A stretch of 64,000 nucleotides of DNA, taken from an uncultured Gammaproteobacteria bacterium. GTDB lineage: Bacteria; Pseudomonadota; Gammaproteobacteria; Arenicellales; JAANXG01. The notes below the pieces were generated by a model that was not told where the DNA came from, did not search any database, and saw nothing but the letters and a program-made list of their open reading frames with translations. Positions within the stretch are counted from its first letter, which is position 1. The number at the start of each line of letters is the position of its first letter. The stretch spans positions 66,070 to 130,069 of the forward strand of contig CAMYKK010000004.1 in NCBI GenBank assembly GCA_947258975.1, read 5' to 3'. Below are positions 1 through 7,681 of this stretch, piece by piece. A program made the position numbers and the translations under genes.

Positions 1-103
1 ATGTCGGTATTAAAAGTTGCGATGCTCGCATGATGTTGTTTTTCTAAAATCTGGTGAATGGACGGGACGAGTACGTAATAATAACCGCATTCGGCGGCGC
101 AGG

Positions 104-799
104 TCAGCGGCCGAACGGATGGTGCAACCGGAACCGCCGGTGTTTGAACAAAGGGATGAGCGCCAACCCGGCGATAAAACCACCGATGTGGGCGCCGAAC
201 GCCACTCCACCGCGGCTTGGATCGGCCAGCAGCGAACTCAGCAACTGGATGGCGAACCACAAACCCAAGACCCACAGCGCAGGCATGCGTACCGTATGCA
301 GAAAAAATCCCAGCGGAATCATCACCAGCACCTTGGCATGGGGGTACAACAACACATACGCCCCAAGAATGCCGGAGATCGCGCCACTGGCCCCGACCAT
401 GGGGATGTCGGAATCCGGATTGGGCAGCGCCTGCGCGTACACCGCGGCGACTCCACACAACACATAGAACACCACGAACCGCGCGTGGCCCATGGCATCT
501 TCGACATTGTTTCCGAAGATCCACAAAAACAGCATATTGCCAATCAGGTGCATCCAGCCGCCGTGCAGAAACATCGACGTCAACACGGTCGCGGCGGGCG
601 GCACCAATGCGACCTCCGGGGCTAACCGCGCCTCACCGAGCAATACCTTTGGGATCACGCCCAGGCTGTAGACGGCGAGTTGTTGCCCACGTGGATCCTG
701 GGATATCTGCCACAGGAACACTAGTACGCACGCGGCGATAAACGTCACTGTTCCCAGCGGCGTGATCGAGGTCGGATTGTCGTCGTGTATGGGAATCAT
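104..799 (-). CDS. rhomboid family intramembrane serine protease
   Basis: 231-aa multi-TM ORF with rhomboid motifs HGGWMHLIGNMLFLW, GASGAISG (catalytic Ser) and HIGGFIAG (catalytic His). Confidence 0.85.
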   Translation of the reverse strand: MIPIHDDNPTSITPLGTVTFIAACVLVFLWQISQDPRGQQLAVYSLGVIPKVLLGEARLAPEVALVPPAATVLTSMFLHGGWMHLIGNMLFLWIFGNNVEDAMGHARFVVFYVLCGVAAVYAQALPNPDSDIPMVGASGAISGILGAYVLLYPHAKVLVMIPLGFFLHTVRMPALWVLGLWFAIQLLSSLLADPSRGGVAFGAHIGGFIAGLALIPLFKHRRFRLHHPFGR

Positions 800-841
800 G
801 GGCGGCGCTATTGTAGCGCATCAACTCTTACTAGCCGTTGC

Positions 842-1454
842 CTACTTATCCAGCGGACTGCGCACACCGCGGCCGCCACGTTTGATGACATGGGTGTAAA
901 TCATCGTGGTCTTGACGTTCTTATGACGATACCAGCCGTTCGGGCAACAGCGTCACACGATCCTTGCCGCCTTTGTCCTTGCGAATCGTGGTCTGTTGAT
1001 AGTCGAAGTCGATGTCCTTGACGCGCAGAAGCAGGCATTCGATGAGCCGCATGCCGCTCCCAAAGAGCAGATGCCCGATAAGCTTGTTGGCACCGTATAA
1101 CTCGGCAAGCAGCGATCTTATCTGATCGCGACTAAGCACCGTAGGCAGACGCGCCGGTCTTTTAATGCGCACGACATCATGCAACCATTCGAGGTCTTGA
1201 TCAAGGACGTGCTGGTAAAGAAATAGTATTGCGGATAAGACCTGATTCTGGGTCGATGCTGCAACGCGCCGATGCACGGCGAGATAGGACAAGAATGCGG
1301 TGATTTCCTTTTCGCCCATCTCCTTAGGGTGTCGCTTATGATGAAAATAGATATAGCGCTTCACCCATTGGACATAAGCCTGTTCAGTGCGGATACTATA
1401 ATGACGAACGCGAATCGCGGAACGAAGTTGATCAATAAGACGGGACTTGTGCAT
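842..1454 (-). pseudogene. intI: integron integrase (IntI-type tyrosine recombinase) inactivated by an internal deletion plus frame change
   Basis: ATG at 1454 sits behind an AAGGAGG Shine-Dalgarno. MHKSRLIDQLRSAIRVRHYSIRTEQAYVQWV...[34 protein letters not shown] is colinear with the IntI N-terminal half and stops at 921-923. In another frame, 842-920 encodes [26 protein letters not shown], the IntI C-terminal box II. Confidence 0.8.
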
Positions 1455-1499
1455 GGCAGCCTCCTTGCTGAATGATGTCCAAGATTTTATTACAACTTC

Positions 1500-1527
1500 C
1501 AGCCCTAACATATTGATTTTAGGGCTG
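1500..1527. repeat. perfect 9-bp inverted repeat (CAGCCCTAA-N10-TTAGGGCTG) between the intI start and the first cassette; possible attI or integrase/regulator binding element
   Basis: Read directly from the sequence. The arms resemble integron core motifs (RYYYAAC / GTTRRRY-like: GCCCTAAC / TTAGGGC). On the minus strand a TTGACA hexamer abuts it. Confidence 0.4.
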
Positions 1528-1586
1528 TCAACACCAAATCCAGCCCAAATGTCCAAAGTCAATACCATTTAGGTTCGATACATTTA

Positions 1587-1593
1587 GTTATGT
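1587..1593 (+). other. putative attI recombination core GTTATGT (start of first cassette)
   Basis: The same heptamer GTTATGT recurs at 2134-2140, at the 3' end of the first attC. Its complement ACATAA(T) is the 5' core of that attC, as integron cassette rules predict. Confidence 0.4.
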
Positions 1594-1624
1594 GTTCGTA
1601 CAAGATTGAAGTATTGGAGGAGAA

Positions 1625-2047
1625 ATGACTAAAGGAAAGGGGCGATGCCTTTGTGGCGCTGTAAAGTTTACGGCAAAGAACATAAATAATAACGTGGCCG
1701 CTTGTCATTGCGGCATGTGCAGGAGATGGGGTGGCGGGCCTCTGATAGCCGTTAGCTGTGGGATAGAAGTCGCATTTGAAGGAGAAGAGAATATTACTGT
1801 CTACAACTCTTCTGATTGGGCAGAGCGAGGGTTTTGCAAGAAATGCGGTAGTCACTTATTTTACCGGCTCAAAGAAATCAACGAACATCAAATGCCAGCA
1901 GGTCTCTTTGATAATCAAGGGAGTTTCAATTTCGACTTACAAGTTTTTATTGATAGAAAACCTTCTTTTTATAGCTTTGCTAATAAAACAAACGAAATGA
2001 CCGAAGCAGAGGTAATAGAAAAGTATGCGCCCGAGCAGAACACATAA
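1625..2047 (+). CDS. GFA family protein (glutathione-dependent formaldehyde-activating / CENP-V-like Zn-binding domain); cassette 1
   Basis: 140 aa with Cys motifs CLCGAV, CHCGMCRRWGGGP and CKKCGSHLF typical of the GFA domain. RBS GGAGGAG lies upstream. Confidence 0.8.
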   Translation: MTKGKGRCLCGAVKFTAKNINNNVAACHCGMCRRWGGGPLIAVSCGIEVAFEGEENITVYNSSDWAERGFCKKCGSHLFYRLKEINEHQMPAGLFDNQGSFNFDLQVFIDRKPSFYSFANKTNEMTEAEVIEKYAPEQNT

Positions 2048-2140
2048 TGCGCTCCAGTCGGACAAAGTCAACCTGTCATGCCTTTTGCTTTCGCAAAAGC
2101 CACGCCAGCTTGTCTTTGCCACTGAGCTAATTCGTTATGT
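2042..2140 (+). repeat. integron attC recombination site (about 99 bp)
   Basis: 5' core ACATAAT and 3' core GTTATGT. Arms GCTCCAGTCGGACAAAGTCAACCTG and CAGCTTGTCTTTGCCACTGAGC pair imperfectly, with about 20 bp paired plus single-base bulges. A central hairpin CTTTTGC-TTTC-GCAAAAG is present. The site starts at the stop codon of cassette 1. Confidence 0.65.
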
Positions 2141-2179
2141 ACCATTTTAGATCCGCAGGTCACATGAAGACAGAAGCCC

Positions 2180-2731
2180 ATGAAACAAGGACTAATTATT
2201 ATAGATGTTCAAAACGACTACTTCGCGGGTGGTTCAATGGAGTTAGTGGCTATGGATGAGGCAGCCTTAAACTGTAAAAAGCTATTACAGTTTTTTCGCA
2301 CCGAACAAGCTCCACTTTTCCACATTCAACACATTGCAAATCGAGACGGAGCAACCTTTTTTGTTCCAAATACTCCGGGATGTGAAATTAATGACAGTGT
2401 GCAACCGCTAGAGAATGAACCTGTCGTGGTTAAGCATTATCCAAATTCTTTCCGTGAAACCGAACTACTCGCAATTCTACAAAAAGCAGGTGTCGAAGAA
2501 GTCGTTATTTGTGGAGCCATGAGCCACATATGCATAGATACAACAGTGCGTGCCGCCTTTGACTACGGATACAAATGTCATGTCGTTTCTGATGCATGTG
2601 CAACAAGAGACTTACAATTCAATGGCCGACTGGTAGAAGCTGCGGATGTACACGCTGCTTTCATGTCTGCATTGAGTGCGCCGTTCGCACAAATCACGTC
2701 AACAAATCAATTTCTAGATATTGAGTGGTAG
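2180..2731 (+). CDS. isochorismatase-family cysteine hydrolase (nicotinamidase/pyrazinamidase-like); cassette 2
   Basis: 183 aa. LIIIDVQNDYF (catalytic Asp region) and VVICGAMSHICIDTT (catalytic Cys region). Confidence 0.85.
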   Translation: MKQGLIIIDVQNDYFAGGSMELVAMDEAALNCKKLLQFFRTEQAPLFHIQHIANRDGATFFVPNTPGCEINDSVQPLENEPVVVKHYPNSFRETELLAILQKAGVEEVVICGAMSHICIDTTVRAAFDYGYKCHVVSDACATRDLQFNGRLVEAADVHAAFMSALSAPFAQITSTNQFLDIEW

Positions 2732-3042
2732 GCGCTTACGAAGCACATGTGGGTGAAAAAACCAAAGCGTGCTTCGCTCACTCTCATTTTCCCTATTGTG
2801 AACGTTGAGTGTGCAAATGTATATTGAGCAAGTCTTTAAATATTTCGCGGCAGTTTTTAAAAGTACCGTACCAGATGATGATTGGTCTGGGCTAGCATAA
2901 ACGTTTACCGAATCACAATGACATCTCACAATGGTTCGTGCCTCGATGTAGATAAGCGCCGTGAGCATTGCGGGTGTGTGCCAAGGGTCATTGCTTCGAC
3001 GCTTTTTTTCGTAACTACATACAATTTGGATAGGAACGGCAG

Positions 3043-3486
3043 ATGAATTGGAACGTGTATCTTTCTGGGGAAATTCACACTGATTGGCGGCAACAAATTA
3101 TTGATGGCGCTAAAGCACTGGATATGCCCATCAGTTTTACGACAGCCGTGACGAACCATGAAGCCAGTGACGCGGCGGGGGATGTGCTAGGGGCCGAAAC
3201 TAACGGCTTCTGGCGTGACCATAAATCTTCGAAAGTCAACGGAATCCGCACTAAGACTCTACTGGACAAGTGCGATGTCGTAGTGGTGCGCTTCGGAGAC
3301 AAATACAAACAGTGGAATGCGGCATTTGATGCCGGATATTGCGCGGCTATCGGCAAGCCCTACATTACTTTGCACGACGAGAAGATCACTCACGCGCTAA
3401 AAGAAGTCGATGCCGCTGCGATGGCTTGGGCCAAAACTCCAGAGCAAGTCGTGAATATACTGAATTATGTCACTTCCGAAAGGTGA
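3043..3486 (+). CDS. YtoQ family protein (nucleoside 2-deoxyribosyltransferase-like fold); cassette 3
   Basis: 147 aa. YLSGEIHTDWRQQI and FGDKYKQWNAAFDAGYCAAIGKP are colinear with Bacillus YtoQ as recalled. Confidence 0.8.
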   Translation: MNWNVYLSGEIHTDWRQQIIDGAKALDMPISFTTAVTNHEASDAAGDVLGAETNGFWRDHKSSKVNGIRTKTLLDKCDVVVVRFGDKYKQWNAAFDAGYCAAIGKPYITLHDEKITHALKEVDAAAMAWAKTPEQVVNILNYVTSER

Positions 3487-3627
3487 ACCGGCGCCTGACA
3501 TCGGCATACGTGGTGCACTACGTCCGGCGGACCAAATTACCGCTGCGCGGTGCGCTGGAAGAACAGTTTATACGCTATGTCAATGCGGAGACTAAGGCTG
3601 AATGCCGCTGAAACTGGCGATGCCCCG

Positions 3628-3837
3628 ATGAAGCAAGTGGCATTCCTGACAGCTAGCATTCGATATAATGAAGGCAAGCCGCAGGTCTATGGTGCCGTTT
3701 TGGATTGGGACGAAAAAGGTGGCCTCACTTGTGAACTCGAGAATCGCGACAATGTCAATGAGTTTGAGCCAATGTCGGCTTGCCCCCGTACGAGCGAGCT
3801 TGCGAAGAGCACAGGCGGAGCGTGGAAGCCGAGGTAG
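3628..3837 (+). CDS. hypothetical small protein (possibly a decayed cassette ORF)
   Basis: Internal ATG of ORF 3550..3837 gives MKQVAFLTASIRYNEGKPQVYGAVLDWDEKGG... No recognisable family. An overlapping second frame (3668..3910) suggests frameshift decay. Confidence 0.25.
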   Translation: MKQVAFLTASIRYNEGKPQVYGAVLDWDEKGGLTCELENRDNVNEFEPMSACPRTSELAKSTGGAWKPR

Positions 3838-4032
3838 GAAGTCGCCGGAAGATTATGAAGCCTACAAACGTGCCGCTAGTGAATGGGCGGGACGTGTTGG
3901 TTGGCGTTGAGTATATGACACAAAATTTGGACGACTAAACTCACCTTGTAACATGTGATGCGCCGCGCCTGCCCGTTCTGCGTTGCTCAATGCAATGGTT
4001 GGTGTAAAGAGGTTATGACATGAAGCCTAATT

Positions 4033-4392
4033 TTGAGCCGGGTGAGAATATTGCAATCTAAGGTCCCTGCCCATGAATACGATCAAACTGTTTTGTTTTA
4101 CGAGAGTATATTGGGACTGGAGCGAAAACACGCAGAATCTACCGATGCCTATCACACGGCGGTATTCAGGTTCGGCGATAAAAACCTCTGGGTGGATCGT
4201 ATCTCTTCTCTTAGCCAAGCGGAGGTCTGGCTGGAAATAAGGACGGTCGACGTTGAGCGGGCGGCCAGGTATCTTGACGAGTGTAAGGTGTCGAGACGCG
4301 ATGAGATCGAGCGCTTACCCGAGGGGCATAAGGGTTTCTGGATCGCTGGACCGTCGAATATTATCCATCTGATATCCGAGAAGGACGAATGA
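4033..4392 (+). CDS. VOC (glyoxalase/bleomycin-resistance/dioxygenase) family protein; the 5' end may be frameshifted (alternative ATG at 4020)
   Basis: The N-terminal part (QTVLFYESILGLE, then RFGDKNLWVD) resembles the first beta-alpha-beta-beta-beta module of a VOC domain. The intact frame needs a TTG start at 4033. ATG 4020 gives MKPNFEPGENIAI and stops at 4059-4061, one base out of frame with the rest. Confidence 0.6.
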   Translation: MSRVRILQSKVPAHEYDQTVLFYESILGLERKHAESTDAYHTAVFRFGDKNLWVDRISSLSQAEVWLEIRTVDVERAARYLDECKVSRRDEIERLPEGHKGFWIAGPSNIIHLISEKDE

Positions 4393-4553
4393 CGAGCCGA
4401 TCCATTTACTGGGAAGGCTTTGTCTCGTAAGCTTAGTCACGCTGCCTCTGGTATTGGTGACGTGTGTGGCTGAGCGCATAGTTGGATTATGGGGAAGGCT
4501 GTTATTTTGGGCACGATAGGAACAAATTTTCTTGAGATAAAAGGAGAAACGAT

Positions 4554-4841
4554 ATGGCAAATGAAGGGTACCACGAGCCGATTGGTGAACTTTCCGATGA
4601 GACGCGCGATATGCACCGGGCGATCATCTCCCTTATGGAGGAGTTGGAGGCCGTCGATTGGTACAACCAAAGGGTTGATGCGTGTCAGGATGCAGACCTC
4701 AAAGCGATCCTTGCGCACAACCGGGATGAGGAGAAAGAACACGCTTCCATGGTGCTGGAATGGATTCGCCGCAAGGACCCCACATTCGATAAAGAATTAA
4801 AAGATTATCTCTTTACGGACAAACCGATTGCTCATAAATGA
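4554..4841 (+). CDS. encapsulated-ferritin-like (EncFtn family) ferritin-like protein; cassette-borne, no shell gene nearby
   Basis: 95 aa. HEPIGELSDETRDMHRAIISLMEELEAVDWYNQRV...AILAHNRDEEKEHASMVLEWIRR matches the EncFtn di-iron ExxH core as recalled from Rhodospirillum EncFtn. Strong RBS AAGGAG. Confidence 0.8.
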   Translation: MANEGYHEPIGELSDETRDMHRAIISLMEELEAVDWYNQRVDACQDADLKAILAHNRDEEKEHASMVLEWIRRKDPTFDKELKDYLFTDKPIAHK

Positions 4842-5091
4842 TCGCGGCGCAAGGGCTTGATTTGGGATCCAACGTCATCCCTATTCGGTTCACGTAACCG
4901 GCGGCATTAATCTCGGCGGTGGCATGTTGTGGTCGAAAGCTAGCGGTTGGCGGACGTCACACAAAAGAGGCGAAATGCCTAATTCTTGGCTATTATTAAA
5001 TAGTCTGATGGAATGATAGTCATGGGCTCGAGTTAAGGGTAGCAATCCTTGCAGCGTGCCGAAGAGGACGCCTCCCGTGTGCGTTCAATAA

Positions 5092-7512
5092 GTGAGCTCG
5101 ACCGAGATTGTGGATAGTCAACACGACATTGCGAGTCTCGACCTGGATCATGATCTGGAGGTGCGTCGATCGACCTATGAGTGGTCGGAGCGCGTATTCA
5201 GAGTCCTGCGCAATATTCTCAAGGTAAACCTCAAGCTGCATCAAAGCGGTGATCAGGTCAACGACGGCGATATATTTCTGTTCAATCATTTCGCGCGTTT
5301 CGAGACTTTTATTCCGCAGTATCTTATCTACGTAGAGACCGGCGCCCTGTGCCGTTCGGTAGCGGCAAGTGAATTCTTCGTCAAGGACGAGCCGTTCTCG
5401 AACTATCTTTTGAATGCCGGCGCCGTACCTCACAACCTACCAAATATATTGCCGTTTCTGGCGGCGGAGATCTTGCGTGGCCAGAAAGTAATCGTGTTCC
5501 CCGAGGGTGGTATGGTGAAGGATCGCCGCGTGCTGGATAGCAGTGGAAGATACAGTGTTTATTCGCGGTCATCCAAGGAGAGACGCAAACATCACACAGG
5601 TCCAGCGGTGCTCGGTATGGTCTTGGATGTTTTTAAGCGAAAAGTCCTGCAAGCTCATCGTGAGGGGAATACGCGCCAGCTCAATGATTGGGCCGACGCC
5701 CTGCGGCTCGATGACGGGGATCAGTTGTTGGCCGCGGCGCGCCGACCGACGGTTATCGTTCCCGCCAACATCACCTTTTATCCCATCCGAGTCAGCGACA
5801 ATATGCTGCGTAAGGTAGCGGAGTTGCTGAATAGGGGGCTGAGTCGGCGCTTGTCCGAGGAGCTGTTGATCGAGGGAAATATTCTACTCAAGAATACCGA
5901 TATGGATGTGCGCTTAGGTGATGGTATATACCCTGGCGACTATTGGCGTTTTTTGGACAAGCGACTGCTGGCCAAGGTCTTGACGCGTATCGATACGTTG
6001 GACGAAGCCTTTAGTCTGGGATCGGGGTCCGCAGCATGGGATGCTCGCTTGCTATCACGCAGCATGCGCCGACACGTGGCCGAGTTGCGTGATGAGTACA
6101 TGCATCGCATGTACTGTAATGTAACCGTGAATCTCAGTCATTTGGCTTCTCATCTGGTCTTGGAGCTCGTAGATCGGGGGCGCATAGAAATAGATCAGAA
6201 ACAGTTCCACAAGATGCTGTACATAACGGTCAAACACGTACAACACGCCGCCTCGGTCCATCTTCATAGAAGTCTGCTGAATCCGGACGCGTATGGCGGT
6301 TTGCCGGAGGCGGAATGCGAAGGATTATCGCAGTTTCTCCGCACCACCACATCAATGGATCTCGTGAAAAGCGCTGACGGCATATACCGATTCTTGCCAA
6401 AACTGCGAGAGGAGCACGCGTTTGACGAGATTCGGCTGGAAAACCTGTTGGCGGTGTACGCAAACGAGGTGGAACCGATCTATAAAATCCATCGCGCGGT
6501 GAACCTGGCCATAAAGCAAGCGGCGAAACTGAGCGCTCGTCAACTTGCATTGTTGCGCTTCGACGATGAACTGGTTGCTTGTACCTGGGACAAGGCGCAA
6601 TACTCGAAGCCGCGACACGCGTCAATCAACGAGCGCGAGATCGCCACCGCTGACCCGATGCCGTTTTTACTCAAACCGCGGCGCCGCAGTGACATGGGCA
6701 TCGTGTTGGTGCATGGGTTTCTCGCGTCCCCGGCGGAGGTCCGTGAATTTGGTGAAAAGCTCGCGGATCACGGGTACCCGGTACTGGGCGTAAGGCTCAA
6801 GGGGCATGGTACTTCTCCCTGGGACCTGCGGGATCGCAGCTGGTTGGATTGGCTGTCTTCAGTGAGGCGTGGCCACGAAATCATGGCCGGATTGACAAGG
6901 CGTGTCGTGTTGGTAGGTTTCTCAACGGGTGGCGCATTGTGCCTGCGTCTGGCCGCGGAACAGCGTAAGCAATTGGCGGGTGTCGCGGCCGTCGCAGTGC
7001 CACTGCGGTTTCGTAATAAGAATATGGTCTTTGTACCGCTCATGCACGGCGCGAATCGTTTAGTGCGTTGGGCGTCATCGTATGAGGGCATCATCCCGTT
7101 TCGCACCAATGATGCGTCCGAGCAGCCGGACATCAATTATAAGCAGATGCCAATTCGCGGATTATATGAACTACGTCAAATGGTGAGCGACCTGGAGGAT
7201 CGGTTGGGAGATGTGAGGTGTCCGGTTTTGGTGTTGCAGGGCAACGACGACCCCATTGTTATGCCCGATAGCGCGGAACAAATCTACGACAGGCTGCCGA
7301 ACCCCGACAAGACGTTGGAAATCGTCGTCTCGGCGCGCCATGGAATACTGACGGAAGATATCGGCAATACGCACCAAGCAATCATCGACTTTCTGCGAAA
7401 ACCGTCACTGCGGGAAGAGCCGGCCGCGCTATCGAAAATACCGGCGGACGACGGTCCGTCAGTGGAATCCGATCACGAACTGGCGACCGAGCACCCCGGT
7501 GCGGGTCCTTGA
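5092..7512 (+). CDS. multidomain protein: N-terminal PlsC/LPLAT-like acyltransferase, central domain of unknown function, C-terminal alpha/beta hydrolase (lipase/esterase)
   Basis: 806 aa with a GTG start. The N-terminus has NHFARFE (a variant of the HX4D box) and VFPEGGMVKDRR (FPEG box). The C-terminus has VLVHGF, the nucleophile elbow GFSTGG, and LQGNDDPIV...ARHG. Confidence 0.75.
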   Translation: MSSTEIVDSQHDIASLDLDHDLEVRRSTYEWSERVFRVLRNILKVNLKLHQSGDQVNDGDIFLFNHFARFETFIPQYLIYVETGALCRSVAASEFFVKDEPFSNYLLNAGAVPHNLPNILPFLAAEILRGQKVIVFPEGGMVKDRRVLDSSGRYSVYSRSSKERRKHHTGPAVLGMVLDVFKRKVLQAHREGNTRQLNDWADALRLDDGDQLLAAARRPTVIVPANITFYPIRVSDNMLRKVAELLNRGLSRRLSEELLIEGNILLKNTDMDVRLGDGIYPGDYWRFLDKRLLAKVLTRIDTLDEAFSLGSGSAAWDARLLSRSMRRHVAELRDEYMHRMYCNVTVNLSHLASHLVLELVDRGRIEIDQKQFHKMLYITVKHVQHAASVHLHRSLLNPDAYGGLPEAECEGLSQFLRTTTSMDLVKSADGIYRFLPKLREEHAFDEIRLENLLAVYANEVEPIYKIHRAVNLAIKQAAKLSARQLALLRFDDELVACTWDKAQYSKPRHASINEREIATADPMPFLLKPRRRSDMGIVLVHGFLASPAEVREFGEKLADHGYPVLGVRLKGHGTSPWDLRDRSWLDWLSSVRRGHEIMAGLTRRVVLVGFSTGGALCLRLAAEQRKQLAGVAAVAVPLRFRNKNMVFVPLMHGANRLVRWASSYEGIIPFRTNDASEQPDINYKQMPIRGLYELRQMVSDLEDRLGDVRCPVLVLQGNDDPIVMPDSAEQIYDRLPNPDKTLEIVVSARHGILTEDIGNTHQAIIDFLRKPSLREEPAALSKIPADDGPSVESDHELATEHPGAGP

Positions 7513-7681
7513 AGTAAAAAAGGCCTGATGGCTTGTGAATGATCTCGAATTCAAGCCACAATAATGATATAACCAGCTGTTTTACATAAAATAATTCATT
7601 CACTCCGATCATCGACGCGCAGCGACCGGTATTTGTATGGCACCCGCAGGCAACGTCACACGGTAACAATGCAAACACGCC

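Larger units (their letters stand above)
842..4873. mobile_element. degenerate chromosomal integron (intI remnant, attI-like region, array of about 5-6 gene cassettes); right boundary uncertain (4873-5040)
   Basis: The intI remnant is divergent from a run of small, functionally unrelated, co-oriented plus-strand ORFs. The DNA is AT-richer by eye. There is one clear attC-like structure, and GTTRRRY-like heptamers recur just upstream of ORF starts. Confidence 0.6.

Noticed and set aside
1500-1527. Possible LexA (SOS) box controlling intI
   Set aside because: The palindrome is CAG...CTG with a 10-nt spacer, not the CTGT-N8-ACAG gammaproteobacterial LexA architecture. Kept only as an unassigned inverted repeat.
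4400-4487. attC for the VOC cassette, and analogous attCs after the isochorismatase, YtoQ and EncFtn genes
   Set aside because: Core-like heptamers are present, but I could not find convincing complementary arms by eye. Not listed as features; this needs a covariance-model scan.
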